Positions 13,746 to 28,130 of a DNA stretch of 64,000 nt are shown here, one piece after another. A program made the translations under genes and the position numbers. Each line of letters starts with the position of its first letter. Position 1 is the first letter of the stretch. The stretch comes from Callorhinchus milii. Lineage: Eukaryota. Location of the stretch: NCBI RefSeq assembly GCF_018977255.1, contig NW_024704742.1, positions 74,278,001-74,342,000 of the forward strand, in the 5' to 3' direction. Under the pieces are notes generated by a model. That model was not told the origin of the DNA. It worked only from the letters and a program-made list of their open reading frames with translations, and did not search any database.

Positions 13746-14189
13746 TTTAAGGAAAGTGAAAAATGAATAGTGAGTAGGACCCACCTGCATTATCTTCATG
13801 ACTCATGTGCTCTCATACAGCATAATTTAGTACACATAAAGCATAAGGATTTTGCTAAACCTCTTGTAACCTATTGAAATATAATAAAAAAAACTCAAAT
13901 CTGAAAAAGAAATGTAAAAAAACTAACATGTACACTACAATGTTTGATACTTCATAAGTATCCCTGTGCACATCCGAGACAGGCAGTCTACATGGAATAA
14001 ATAATAATAATCCTTGAATTTGATGCAGCACCTATCATGTCAAGTGAACGTCTCAAAACACTTGATAGGATTTATTGTAAAGTCTAGTGACTTTGTAATT
14101 CTAGGTGAACACGGCAAGCAAATTGCACACAGCAATCTCCCACGAATAGCCTTTAAACAAATGACCAATTTTATTTGGGGGCCCCTCAG

Positions 14190-14236
14190 TGTGTACATGT
14201 GTGTGTCTGTGCATGTGTGTGTGTGTGTCTGTGTGT
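14190..14236. repeat. Imperfect (TG)n microsatellite
   Basis: gtgtacatgtgtgtgtctgtgcatgtgtgtgtgtgtgtctgtgtgt. Confidence 0.8.
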
Positions 14237-15474
14237 CACAGTCGAGCTCAATGTTGCCCTGTTCCAAGGTCTGAAAATTTGGACTGTCCAGCAGAGTTGA
14301 CTGAAGGTGATCAGGTGTGGGAATCTAGAATGATTTTTTTCCTTTTCTAGATCTCAAGGGCACAAATTTCAACTCCTAACCTGCCTCCACTGAGATTGAA
14401 CCTCACAGTAAGGGGGGGAATGGCTCATTTTCACATCAGGCAGTATCTGAGGATTTTAACACACCAGTAAAAAATATGCCATTTGTGAGCTGAAACCTCT
14501 AGTAAAGTTAATGGCTCGAAGACTTTGCATATTAGCCTGAGACACGTGTTTATAAAGCACGCTGGCCATATCATCAGCACCAGGTTTGCGGCATGACTAG
14601 TTTTCTCCAGTGAACCCACATGTGGACTTGAGTGACTTCAGCTTCAGTCACAACTCAGGCCTTAGACAGTCTGTGTTGTGCAGGATTATCTGTGTGTTGT
14701 ACAGTGAATGTGTCTGTGTGTCTTATAGGATTCTCTGGAGAAACACTGCTCACAATGTGAGCTCTTTAAGTGATTTATCCATATAATATTTTGTGGTTTT
14801 ACTCTACTCTGAAATTGGTTTGCAGCAGCTTTTATTTCAGTAAGACACACGGTGAAAGCAGTGACGATAGCCATTTTTACACCATTTACGCAATCTCATT
14901 CCTAACACCAACCAGCAATGTTCTGAGTAGACTTTGTAATTTGCTTAAAGTGTTCTTAGTTTCACAGTATCATTGGGGAGGGGCGGAGGGGGGGGGGAAT
15001 TGGAGCCAGTCTGGACTCGAATACATCATATATCTCAGTGCTGTGGCCTCTGATATTTTCCAACCTATGATTTGCGGAATGCTATAATTGTCCAATTGAG
15101 ACTTGTATATTCTGCTGCTGCACCTTCCCCATCAGGGTGTGCACATAGTGAGAGCACACTGACCTTGAGGGTTCACTGACCTTCAGGCTCCTGGCTAGCT
15201 GTCTGTAATGCGTTGAGCTTTCTAATTGCTAGCAATACAATCACTTGATTCAATCCTGCGATGTGAAAGGTGCTACATAAATGCCATTTGTTATTGTTGT
15301 TAATCAGCTGCAAATATAACCGCTTACAAAATATATATTTTTTGCAATTTATTGTCTCTGATGTTGAAAACATCTCAAAATGCATCACGGCTTCACAAGG
15401 AGTTATTGCAAGTGCAGAACCATGCCCTAGCATGAGTCAGCATCTTCACAAAAGCAATGAGCAAAACTTTGTAA

Positions 15475-15720
15475 ACTGAGGTCATGTCTACTTGTTCAGG
15501 TGGATGCTGAAGATCCCTTGGCACTATTCAAAAAGAGAAGGGAGTTTCTCCTGGTGTCCAGCCAACAATCCCTCAAATAAAATTGGTTGCTCGCTCCATG
15601 GCCGTTTGTGGGACATTGCTATGTGCAAATTGCTGCCGCCTTTGTCCACAAAACACAGTCACTGCACCCCAAAATCCTGACATGAAAGACGCTATATAAA
15701 AATTAAAGATTATTATTATT
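15475..15720 (+). mobile_element. Deu-domain SINE 3' half
   Basis: caggtggatgctgaagatcccttggcactattcaaaagagaagggagtttctcctggtgtcc core and TTA tail. Confidence 0.6.
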
Positions 15721-16544
15721 AGCAGAAGTTGGAGTGGTATTAATAACTCGCTAGAAAATGTGAACAGCCAGCATTACCAATGTTGCACAATGTCATTTCT
15801 ACCAGGTTACAAACAACAACAACTTGCATTTATGTAGTGCCCTTCACTTGTGGCAGTGTTTCGGAGCACATGAAATCTAACAAATGGATAACCTACATTT
15901 TTGTATATCTTTTTTAGTGTCAGCCAGGCTCAGTTCCTACCACTCTCACCTCTGACTTAGAAGGCTGTGCGTTCAAACCCCAAATTGGGATATAGTGTAG
16001 AGCTGGGGGAGTGCTGCATTGTTGGAGGTGCCTCCATCACAAAACTCAATGCAATGTACAAAAACAACAACAAATGACGCTTGTGTAATACCCTTCACGC
16101 TGGAAAGACATCCCAGGGTGCTGGACAATAGGGCTTTGAACCCAAGCTGGGAGTTGGGGTCAGGAGGGGTGGAGGGCAGGCGGAGTGGGGTGGGAGGTTA
16201 AGCCGAGGGCACGGTTGAAGAGGAAGGTGTTTAGATGGGACTTGAAAGAGGGGGTGAGGTGGAGGGATTGCAGATGTATTTCAGTATTGAGGTGTAATGG
16301 ATATTTTAGTACCTTCCTTTGGTACTTCTGTGTCGAATTGGTTTTCCAGAGCACCTTGGGCCAGGCATCAGTCATAGTGGTGGTTAACAGAGAATTCTGT
16401 TGTTTAAAATCCTGCTATTCCTGCTACATCCAGTCCCAATGATATTGTATGTTCCATATGTGCATGGAATTTTATGATGTGGTGGTGTTGGAGTGGGGTG
16501 GGGGGGGTGGTAAATAGTGAAGAGGAACGAAAAAGGGATGCGGG

Positions 16545-17180
16545 ATATTATAAGCAAGCTAGCAGAATGGGCAGACAGATGGCAAGTAAATTTAACATAG
16601 GAAAATGCAAAGTAATTCACCTTGTCAGCAAAAAGAGGCCATCTACAGATGGGGAACATAAGAGGAATAGAGGAGCAAAAAAGATCTGGGGATTCAGATC
16701 CACAAATCTCTAAAAGTGTCTACACAAGTAGATAAGGCCAAAGAGATTTTGAGCTTTATATCCTGAGGGATAGAATCTAAAAGTGAGGAAATGGTGTTGT
16801 ATTTATATAAAACCTTCATTAGGCCACATTTTGAGTATAGTTTTCAATTCTGCTCTCCACACTATAGCTGTGATGGAAAGTGTACAGTGTATGTTTACGA
16901 GAATGATACCAGTTACTGCTATCAGGATAGATTGGATAGGTTAGGCCTTTTTTCACTAAAGATGAGACATTCAAGAGGGGACCTAACAGAGGTGTTTAAA
17001 ATTATTAAAAGTTTGTTCCACTTGTTGGTGATTCCATAACCAAGTATAAGATAGTGACTTGGGGATCTAAAAGAAAATTAGGAGGAACTACTTATGCAGA
17101 GGCTTGTGAGATTGTTGAACATGCTGCCTAAAGAATTGGTTGAATCAGATAGTGTAGATGTATTTAAAAGGAAGCTAGAC
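16545..17180 (+). mobile_element. CR1 LINE 3' fragment
   Basis: QMASKFNIGKCKVIH and LYKTFIRPHFEYSFQF...LGLFSLKMRHSRGDLTEVFKII. Confidence 0.85.
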
Positions 17181-19894
17181 CTTCACATGTCACCCACAAA
17201 ATACACAGTCAATCCACTTTACAATGTATTCTGTGAATCCTTTGAGACATCTTGATGACAGGATAAAGCACTATATTGAATACAAGGATTATTATTATTA
17301 TGGAAAGGGGAATAGCGCCTTGGGACGTCCTCCCGACATGAAAGGCACTCTCTAAATGCAATCTTGTTGTTGTTGTTGTTGAATAGAAGAGTAATGGAGG
17401 GAGTAAGGAGTGGGTGGAGACTTATGGAGTATAAATGCTGGCATGTACTGGTTGTTTCCATGCCGTACAGGCTAAGTAAATCTATGTATGTCCTTTCACT
17501 CTGCCATTGACAGTTATGATTCCAACGACTTAGGAACGTGTTAATATGTTGAGTAGGCAACAAGAGATCTGATGCTGAAAGGGTTCTGGAGATATTTGGT
17601 AGCAGGAAATGTGTACTCTTCATTGGGGATAATTTCCATCAGCAACTCAGCTTAAGAACCACTGGTTGTATGTGTTATTCCCTGTCTGTGGAGGGGCTGT
17701 AAGTCACTGTGACATTGACTGCTTTATCTTCATTTAATATACAAAAATGATTTGTATGTAAATTTGGATGAATCAGGCATCTGTTTTGGATGGATCATGG
17801 AAACTCCACACCTTCAAATTGTTCCCAGCTCAACCTCAGCCAGAGGTCAGATTCCTGGCACAATTTGGATTAATAGCTGTGTAAGCTTGACATCGCAATT
17901 CTGCCTGTCATACTCGAACCACTCCTGACCTCCTGCTGCTGGGTTGCTCCTCTACAGTATTATTGATAACATTCTTTAGCTGCTGTTTGGGAAAAAAATG
18001 AAGAAATACTGAAGAGGATTTCTTTTTAAAAAACATAACCTCACACAATAAATAGCCTGCACAAATCTGAGCACTTGCACAGATGATTTATTGTGTGAGG
18101 TTTGTTTAAAGGTTTTTTTTGTCATTGTTCAGGTGCTCTTGTGACACTATTTGAAACGAAAAGGGAGTTTCTCCCAATGTCCTGACCAACAACTCCCACC
18201 CCCAGATAAAATTGTCATTCACCTCATTCATGATTGTTTCTGGGGTCTTGTTGGTGCAAAATAACTCCCTACAAAATCAGTCACTACACTTGAGTAGTCC
18301 TGTCCTGAGCCAGGTAGGTCTGCAGTACTCCAGCAAGCATGGCCCATTAGTAAGACTTAGAGGTGCAGACTGGTAATTGGAAAGGCAACAGGAAGCTTTC
18401 CAGGCAGTGCTCTCAATGGCAAGCTATGCAGTTTCAGCAGTATTGCAATACAACTCTGCAGTCCTAAGCCTTGGCTCCTGCCTAGGCCCATCAAGTTAGA
18501 GGGTGTAGAAGCTCCCCCACTGGATTGCGAGAGGGAAGATGGATGCAAACCTTTCTCCACCCCCAGCTTGATTGATGTGGATCAGATAACCACATGGCAT
18601 GAGATTGCCAGGAATTACAGACACATTCTTCCCCTGGGGAGACCACCACTAATTACATTCACTAGACTGTCAGCACCAGACTGCCAGCTGCTATGGAGCC
18701 TCCCACCAGATCATGAGAAACCTGACTCATCCTGACCACAAGACCAGCAGGAATTAGATTTTCCATCGCTAAAGCGGGAAATATTGCGTTTTGGAAATTT
18801 TAACTAAATCAATCAAGGTTCTGACTGAAATTAGGGAATATTAGGCTGGTGCCGGAGAAGCGCTGAGCTTAAAAACGTAGCTCTGTTTCAAAAATGATGG
18901 CATCACTTCACAAGAACATAAAAAGAATGTAAGAATGTTTTATGAACGAATAGATGAACTTTGAGTGAAAACTGTGATATGTGATGTGATAATTATAAAT
19001 GGTGAAATTATTATTGCTGGTAGTTACCACTACTGTGGAACGTCCCAACCGAATACTGCCATGGGGAACACCCCAATGTCACTCAAATGGTTCAGAGATC
19101 AATTTTTTAAAACAATGTTTTTTGATCAACCGGATGTCTGACACATGCGGAAACCAATCCCCGTGCTGAAAAGTATCCAAGCCAAGCTGAGATTTCCATG
19201 CATCCCACCTTCATATGGAAATCCCAGAGATAGATTGTTGGTATGGAATGCGCCCTCTTCCTGGAGGGACACATCCTGTTTACCTAATTCTAGAAAGTAT
19301 TAGGCTCAGGTTGGCAAGAACCAAGGCTTGGGGACCCCGGAGTGTGCGTTGGGGTAACTGCTGGAGTCTAACCAGCTAAAACATTTACCATTGATATTGC
19401 TGTCTGGCAAGCTTTCCAGGTGCTTGTCCAGCTAGGACCACTGTTAGGGCTTTGGCTTAACAGGAGTTAAGTGGGATGCCTCCCTGCCCCCAGTGACTGG
19501 TCTGCCCTTCAAGGACCTGCCGATGAGCCAGGCTGGACTGTGCTGCCAAAGGTGGTTGCTATAGCTATTGAGCTGGGCAGCGGCACTTTTGATCCTGCTG
19601 CTGAATCCCAGCATTGGGGAATATCATCTTAATTTTAAACAGTGGATAAATGCTGGGATTCGTCTTTTGGCCCAAACCATTTTAATATAGTCAGGGGTGG
19701 GGGTGGGTGGCTGGGAGTGGCTATTGTTTCTCCACAATAATTAACAACTGGGACATCTTTAGAAATGTAATATGCCATGTTGTGAGAATTATCGCTTCAC
19801 ATTCCAATTTATTTACCCAAAAAGCCTATCCCTTTTTGCCCCACATTAGGCTTTGAACTCACAGACTAGTCTTACACTCCAATAAATTGCTAGA

Positions 19895-20200
19895 GATACG
19901 CTGCCGTCCTTTAGATGAGACATTAAAGTGAGGCCCAGTCTGCCTGTTCAGGTAGACGTTAAAGATCCCAATGGTACTATTCAAAATGAGAGGGGAGTTT
20001 CTCTTGGTGTCCTAGCTAACCATCCCCCAGGTAATTTGGTCATTCACTTCATGGCTGTTTGTGGGACATTGATGTGCATAAATTGGCTGTGATGTTCCCA
20101 CAAAATACAGTCACTCCACTTCACAGCAAATTCTGTGAAGTGCTTTGAGACATCCTCCTACGTGAAAGATGCTATGTAAAATGCAAGGATTATTATTATA
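19895..20200 (+). mobile_element. Deu-domain SINE
   Basis: gatgagacattaaagtgaggcccagtctgcctgttcaggtagacgttaaagatcccaatgg core; tail aaatgcaaggattattatta. Confidence 0.65.
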
Positions 20201-20641
20201 TGATCACAAACCCCAACTGGCTGCCTTATCACCATATTCATCAGTTTCTTTTCTCTCTTCATAAAAGCTTTTTGTTGCCTCATGAACCTGTTGAGAAACT
20301 CCAGTTGCCTTTTCATTATGTTTCCTCTGGAAATGTATTACATACAGAAGAACAAAAGAAAAAAGTTTAAGATCCACCTAGTTCGTTTTCCATCTTCCTG
20401 GCGGTCGCATGCACATTTGTCCCAAACTACCTATATACTATATCCCATAATGTTGTTTCCTAACATTAGCACAACATTGTACTTCCTACTGTGTGGTCCA
20501 CATCCCACAACACATTCCAGAATTTGTTGAAAGAATATTTGGGAATATACTGAGCATTCAAGTTGTTATAATTCACTCACTCTAAGATTTCAGGATCCAT
20601 AAACCCTTTGAACCTGTGAAATAATCCCTTAGATACTCTAT

Positions 20642-20970
20642 TAATAATAATAATAATAATAATCCTTGCATTTGATATAGCGCTTTTCACATCTTCTAGA
20701 CATCTCAAAGCCCTTCACAGAATATACTGTAAAGTGAATTGACCGTATATTTGTGGGCAAAACGAGGCAGACAATTGTATACAGCAGTGTCCCACAGACA
20801 GTCATGGATTGAAGTGACCAATTTTATTATTGTTATTTTTCTTGAGGGATTATTATCAGGCGTGTGGAGTAAGGAAACTTGTCCAAGGTTTCGCCTGCCA
20901 GGAATCCAGGTTCCCGGCAGGTGTCTCGCTTGCAAGGAGAGTGCTCTAACCACTGAGTTACAGGACTCCT
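20642..20970 (-). mobile_element. tRNA-derived SINE, full length
   Basis: (TAA)n tail through to ctctaaccactgagttacaggactc (reverse complement of the head). Confidence 0.85.
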
Positions 20971-22499
20971 TATATAATACATAATAAAGGATAATTGTGC
21001 AGATTTAGTCCCATTGGGAATATGTAATTTGTGGATATCGAGTAAAAGATAGGATTAGGTTTAGCATTAATGCCCCTAAAGTCAAATAGTCTAACAACAA
21101 TTACTGTTGAGACCACCTCATACCTGAATAATACCCAACTGGTGATGTACTAAAGGGTGACCAGAACTTTCTATCCAGGTAAAAGGAAAAATGACTCAAA
21201 AACAATTTGAGGAGAGGAGCAAATTTGGCTATTACATTTCTCCTTTAACATATCATTACTAACAGCAAAGCATTCAGGAACAAGGTAATATCCAGTATTT
21301 GGGCTCTACTGGCATGAATGTAGATTACAAAATAAATATTGTTCTGTGAAATGAAGTAGGTGGCTGATCTTCCATTGAACGCAAATCAAATTCAAGCCAA
21401 GCCTGTCATAATGCAAACCATTAAAACCACTCTTCATCCACTCTACTCAGCTCAGGGTCACCAATGGAAAAACACACAAAAACCTTATTCTAGCCCCAAA
21501 CTAGCAATACTCAGTACTGACTTTGTCCATCCAAACAAAAAAAATAGCTGAACATAGATTTCTTTCCAATCATCCCCACACTCATGGGACGACCAACTAC
21601 AATTGGAATCATCAATTACAGATCAGGTACGACCTGATGAGTGATATTAAAAAGAAATCTTAACTAGGTGGGCCATTTTGAATTACAACGCTAACTTATA
21701 TACATTTCTGGTGATCTCTTCCACCGAGGCCTAAATAACCTCACTTCAGTGAGCTGAGCATCTTCCTGATGTGAGATCACAGTGGTTTAAAGAAACAAAT
21801 GACTCGCAACCCAATGAGTCAGATTGTAAAGGTCCTGCCTAGTGTTAAGCTGAATAATACACACTGGGATAATCTGAAGTTTAATCAGTTTGTGCTGAGT
21901 CAACTGATATCAGTGGTGACAGAAGTGGTGCCAACATCCCTGGGCTACAAAGAATTAAATGTGCTCTGATGCTTATCACAGATCACTGTCTAATGATTCC
22001 TGCTGGAAAATGCCAAAGCCAAGATTGGCTGTTCTTCCATCAGTTGAACAGCCCTTGACACTCACTCACTGAGGTTTATCACCCAATAAACCTTCTCTCT
22101 ATCAGTGTGGATATGTGTGGAGTTTGGAAGATGAATATGGACTGTGAAACAATGAGTCCACAATTTTGTTCCTGAGCCCCAGAGGGGAGAGAAAATTGTA
22201 GGAGAGAAAGAATAAAAAACTGAAAGAAATAAATTGCATTTTTATAGCACAGCATCAGAATGAAACGTCCCAAAGTGCTATTTGGAAGACCAACAGAGTG
22301 AGTGAACGACCAACAGAGTGAGTGAGAGGTCACAGAGTAATCAACATACTAAGTGAGGGAATACAGTAATAAGAGATCAGTGGCGTGAGTGAGAAATCAA
22401 CATAAAACAGAATGGTAGATCATAGACAGAATAATAGTTTGGGTAGAGAAATTGCAGATTAAATTTTATGCAGAAAAGTGTGAGGTTAAACATTTTGGG

Positions 22500-22980
22500 A
22501 GGATGGATAAGGAAGAGCTAGAATATACTAAATGATAATATTTTTCAAAGAGATAAGGGTTAAAATACATAAATCTTTAAAGGTGGTAAAGCAGATGGAC
22601 AAAGCTTTAAAGAAAGCTGATGGGATTCTTGGTTTTATAAATAAAGGCATAGAATATAAAACCAAATAGGTAATATTTAACCTGTGGTAAGTGTTAGTTA
22701 GAATGCAGTTAGAGTATTGTGTTTAATTTTTGGCACCTCACTTTAGATAAGATGTCAGGGTCATAGAGAGGGTGCAGAGGAGAATTATTAGGATGATCCC
22801 AGGGATGAGTGATTTGAACTATTGACAGAGACTAGAGGAACAGGGCCTATTTCACCAGAACAGAGAAGGTTCAGGGGAGACCTGATAGAGGTCGGTGAAA
22901 TTATGAGGGATTTTATAGCTTGTAGATAGGGAGAGAATATTTCCACTAGTTGGTGAGAGTCAGTGACTAGATGTCCTGTG
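22500..22980 (+). mobile_element. CR1 LINE fragment, heavily decayed
   Basis: gagtattgtgtttaatttttggcacctcactttagataagatgtc...gagagggtgcagaggaga...aggggagacctgatagaggtc. Confidence 0.7.
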
Positions 22981-22994
22981 TCAGCCTGGCTCAG

Positions 22995-23301
22995 ATAATA
23001 ATAATAATTCTTGCATTTGATATAGCACTTTTCACGTCTTCTAGACGTCTCAAAGCACTTCACAGAATATACTGTAAAGTGTATAATTATGGGCGAAACG
23101 CAGCAGCCAATTGCTCATAGCAGTGCCCCACAAACAGTCATGGATTGAAGTGACCTATTTTTTAATTATTATTGTTTTTTTGAGGGATTATTATCAGGCG
23201 TGTGGTGTAAGGAAACTTGCCCAAGGTTTCGCTCTGCCAGGAATCGAACCCAGGTCTCTCGCTTACGAGGTGAGCGCTCTTACCACTGAGCTACAGGACT
23301 C
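22995..23301 (-). mobile_element. tRNA-derived SINE, full length
   Basis: Same family; ends at ccactgagctacaggactc. Confidence 0.85.
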
Positions 23302-23559
23302 CTGGTATCACACTTGAGGCAGAAGACTGTTGGTTCAAGCCACACCATCGGGATTTTGAACTCGCAGTCGAGGCTGACATACCAATGGTGGTGCTGTCCT
23401 TTGGATGATTTGGGTGAGGACTGAGCACATATCAAAATTGGACTCAATCCTATTTAACCTGAAAAAATTCCAATTTTGATTACTTCAGACATCGTAGTTT
23501 AGATAACCTGCCCCTAAATAAAATATCAGAATGCACTTTTTTCCCTCTCCTGGCACGTT

Positions 23560-23845
23560 TCCCTCTCCTGTATGTCCCTCATGCCCTCTGTTCCATCATT
23601 GGCGGCCACGCTTTCAGCCACCATGCCCTGAAACTCTGGACCACTCTTCCTCTACCCCTCCAATCCTTGGCTCTTCCTTCCCCTTTGTCAGGTCGTACCT
23701 GAAGAATTTTCTCTTCAACCGTGCCTACGGTCACCTTCCCCCATCCCCACCCCTCTGGCTCAGCGTTGTTCTCCGCCACTGTCAAATGCCCTGGGACGCT
23801 ACCCTGTGTGAGGGGCGCTACATAAAGGCAAGTTGTTGTTGTTGT
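23560..23845 (+). mobile_element. L2 LINE 3' end
   Basis: ccatcattggcggccacgctttcagccaccatgccctgaaactctgga...ggcgctacataaaggcaagttgttgttgttg tail. Confidence 0.7.
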
Positions 23846-24439
23846 TTGACAAGAAAACTACAGTTTACTGTAGTAAACTGGCTTCTAAATTAAAACTGAA
23901 TTTAAGACAGTTTTCCAGAACTTTGCACACAAATTTTTCCCTCAGACAAATTTTAAGCCTAAAAACACAAGAAATTTGGGGTCCCCAGTGTTGCCAGTTA
24001 TGAGGTAGAGGTTGGTTAAGAAGCTAAACATTTATTTTTAGAGCTCAGTGTTGAATTGTACTTTCCCAAGTAATTTAATCTTCTGAGGGAGTTGATTCGC
24101 CTTGGGTAATTGTGCAAGGAGATAAAGGTCAGAAATGTCTCCCTGACCCCCTCCAGGGAATCTATTGAAACTTCAGGATATCGATCTTACTTTACAGCCC
24201 ACGTCATTCAATCCTGGCCAACTGCATTCCACAGCTCGCAGCTGCACAGGAATCATTGGGATTTCTCATTGTAAAGGTAAAGCGATGTTTGCTGTCCCAA
24301 TGTCCCAACTTTTGTTGGGATTCTGTTTAACACATCCTTTATTTCATTTTTCAATTTCCAGCCTGATTTGAATCATATAAATTTCTATGAGTGTATTATT
24401 ATAACATTTTAGATCCATAGCATAGTGTTAGTTTGCTCA

Positions 24440-24745
24440 GCTCGCAAGTGAGAGGATCTGGGTCTATTTGGGCAAGTTTCCTTATTCCACACACCTCTGT
24501 TTACCTAACAGTAGGAACACGAATGTCAGTCAATTGGTGGATTGATTTCCAGGGCTAATAATCCCTCAAAAAAAACAATTGGGTCACTCACTCCACAATT
24601 GTTTGTGAGACACTGTTGTCTGCGATTAGCTGCCATGTTTCACCCACAAAATACAGTAATCCACTTTACAATATATTCTGTGAAGCGATTTGAGACGTAC
24701 CAACGACGTGATAAGGTGCTATATCAAATGCAAGGATTATTGTTA
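24440..24745 (+). mobile_element. tRNA-derived SINE
   Basis: gggcaagtttccttattccacacacc body and atcaaatgcaaggattattg tail. Confidence 0.8.
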
Positions 24746-26306
24746 ATATTTATCTATCAATAGTATTGAGATTAACAATTTGATTTTGGGGGTACATAAT
24801 TCACTAACACATAGATGTTAATATTTACTTTACAAAATATTGGCTTTACATAGAAAGTCTATCAAAGCACACTGAAGCTACCAATTACATTGTGTTCCTC
24901 ATCCCTCCGTCCTGATCCTTACAAAGATGTTCCAGAAGACCGCAACATTTAGGGCTAAACAATGAAGTTTGCAAATTGGATTTATTTGACAATTACAATT
25001 GTTTTGACAAATACATTGCCAAGAGCGGAGAATGTTGTAGATGGTGGGGAAGGGATGTGTGCAAATTTTAGTAACAATTCATAGCCTTTGTATTTCTGAT
25101 TTTTCCTATTACAGGAATTAATATTATTAACATTAATAAGATATTACATTGCCTCCCCAACTCTATTCTGTACATCATTTTTGTTTTGTATTTATTGGGA
25201 TATTTCTAATTTTAGAGGATTTTGAATTAAGAAAGCATGTTAAATTTTGCATGGCAACAGAATATTAGTGAATCGAGCAGCTTGGAGCAAGCTAAACTTT
25301 GGAAAGTCTTTTGGTTACACAACATAAAGTGCATTCCTGCAATTTAACACTTAGCAAAATTCGAATTTGCACTCCTGGAGATGAGCAAAAACATAAATTA
25401 AAAATAATGACATTTTAGAGTTGGGATTACCTGATATGTCATAAACAGTTGTTGTTTAACAATCAGAGGGAAGGAAAATGGATTAAAAATACCAGAGAAG
25501 TGAGATGCATCAGACAGGCTCTGTCTGCACTTGTCACAGACAACATTTGAGCTACCGTTTCTCAGAATATCACTAATGAACAGACTTTGACTTTGTCTTT
25601 GAGGTAAGAATCTGTGTTAATACAGGCTATGGTTGAAATCAAATCACTTTGAGGCATTGAATTTGAACGAGTTGGGACAGAATAGCTCACTATCTGTCTG
25701 TCACATGTCACATAGATGTTTCAGTGAATGTGCTGAACAATGTAACTATTGGTGGGGGATGGAATGGGTGGGGAATGGGAGAAAGAGGTACGTTGGGTGA
25801 TGGGCTTGGCAATGGAGTGTTGAAACATGTCGCTGTCTGCAATGGTCTTGGTAATCTGGTTCCTGAGCCAGGCGGTCTGCTGGAATTTAGGGTACTGCTG
25901 ATGAGTTAGGCTGCTTCATTGGCGAGATTGGCTCCCACCAACCTGTGGCTAATATTCTCCAGAAATATGCAAACAGGGTGAGTCCTTCCAGGGATAGAGC
26001 ACACATTCCATTCCAGACACAGGGAAACTCCCAGGTATAAGTGTTACACATATGTAGAACCCTCAGTCTGGTTTGGATATTTTTAAGCACTGCAATCAGT
26101 TTGCATTTGTCAGACATTTATCTGACCAAATAATCCTGAATTTAATAATTCTTATTCCTGGAACCACATAGGTGTGGTCATCTCCACCATACAATTCCCA
26201 ATACTTTGAGATGCCAATATGCCTTTTCAGCAAGCAGATCTTTCATGTTTACACTTTACTCTTATCAACCATTGCTGCTCATTGCTATTTCATAGGAAAT
26301 CAGAGA

Positions 26307-26549
26307 TAATAATAATCCTTGCATTGGATATAGCGCCTTATCATATCATTGAGGTGTCTCAAAGTGCTTCACAGAATATATTGTAGAGTGGATTGACTGT
26401 ATTTGCTGGCTGAAACGCAGTAGCTAATTGCGCACAGCAATGTCCCAAAAACAGCCATGAATTGAGTGACCAATTTTTTTTGGCAGGGAATCCAAAACGG
26501 GTCTTCTCACCTGTGAGACGAGGATGCTAACCACTATGTTACAGGACTC
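26307..26549 (-). mobile_element. tRNA-derived SINE, internally deleted
   Basis: Tail and head present (ctaaccactatgttacaggactc); part of the body is missing. Confidence 0.75.
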
Positions 26550-28058
26550 TGCAAGACTGAAGATAGAAAGAGTTCACTTTTCTATCTTCAGTTCGATTGA
26601 GGGAAGGGGAGGAAGCTCTTTGTGTAATAGCCTTGCCTGAGAACACCTTCATGGCTGCAGTATAATTGCAATTGATGTTTGACAACAGCTTCTGGGTTAT
26701 GACAATGGTAATTCACAAGATTAGAAGAGGCAGTCAGATCAAGAAGGCCCTTTGGTCCTTCATCTCATCTTTCTGGAATACCCGCCCACAATCTTTATAA
26801 GCTCCTTTTTAGATGAGCCTAGAGCCGTGGCTTCAATCACCTTTCCTGATTTTTTTGTGCAAAGAAATACTTCCTGGTGTCCAACTTGAAACTGGCCTTC
26901 ATAACTCTAAATCTTGTGACTTCTTGTTCAGCTGCCTTGGCATTTCTGAGAGTATTGTTCTAGGTTTAAAACAATTTAGCATGTCATGAACCTCTATAAG
27001 ACACTTTTTAAGACATATCTTTTCAGGGCTCAATTACCTCCTTCATTGATCTATCACATGATCCAACGACACTCTGTGTTGTCAACTCGGAATTGTGCAA
27101 ATTCTTCCAAAAGGCGTCTACCAGTCAAGGCTGATATGACTGTCCTGGAGTTAAGCACTGTATTATCAGAGATACCAGCAAACACATTACAATAAGGCAA
27201 TAAAACCCATAGTGTAAAGAAGGAATCAAGACATCCAGATACACAGGCTGGCTCATAAAAGGCATGAAACTGGAAATCATAGACTCAGGGCACTTATATG
27301 AAGCATTTAGCTTTCCCAATGCCTGTGATTAGTCTACATCATAATGTTACCCTTGTAATCTTTACCAAAGTCTGAGCCTGAGATTAAGGAAGCAAATACA
27401 CCTTCTCTCCCACTCCATCAAATAACAACATTAAACCCTTCAGAAATGTGTCGGGTTATCATTGGATAACATTCTGTGAGTAATCCAATGTGCAAAAATC
27501 CCTGCATTATCCTCATTGGCTTGTAGAATTTGGGAAATGGGGTTTAGGAGCACCTGATTCAAAGATTTTGTTTTTTCAATTTTCTCCCAACTTGACTGGT
27601 GTATTATCCCTCAGTAATCATTTGGTACCCAATTGTGGTCATTCTAAATGTATGAGGCTAAACAGGGAGTGTTGGAAATCTACTGAATGTTGAGGAATAT
27701 CAGAACTGAGACTCATCCTGCCCTCCCTTAACATCCCACACGTTCACTGTCCAATGTGAGTTAACTGGATAGCAATTAGGAGCAGGTACCATGACTGATT
27801 CTCCCCCACCCCTCTTTACCCAGAGAGCACTGAGACCAATTTTAGTGCCACAACCACTTCCCTAAGTCTAACACATGGACTAAAGTTGTGATCTACTTGG
27901 TGTGTTATGGCACCGTACAGAATGTGCTTTTACTAACTGAGTGGGAGGAGGAATTCTGCAGAATGTTTTCTTTTAAACTTACACGCTACAAATCAGGGTA
28001 ATATACTTATGGAGTAGGAAGAGAGGTGGTTGGAGCAATGACATAGAAGTGAGGACTC

Positions 28059-28130
28059 TCAGGAAGACAACATGAGGTATAACACAGCCCACCTGAGTGG
28101 GCTGTGTTATACCTCATGATGTCTTCCTGA
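28059..28130. repeat. Near-perfect inverted repeat (34-bp arms, 4-nt loop, 1 mismatch)
   Basis: tcaggaagacaacatgaggtataacacagcccac-ctga-gtgggctgtgttatacctcatgatgtcttcctga. Confidence 0.95.

Noticed and set aside
17665..17704. ttattccctgtctgtggaggggct|gtaagt as SPARCL1 exon 1
   Set aside because: Resemblance to a mammalian SPARCL1 5' UTR rests only on unverified recall; no supporting promoter evidence. Would need BLAST or RNA-seq.
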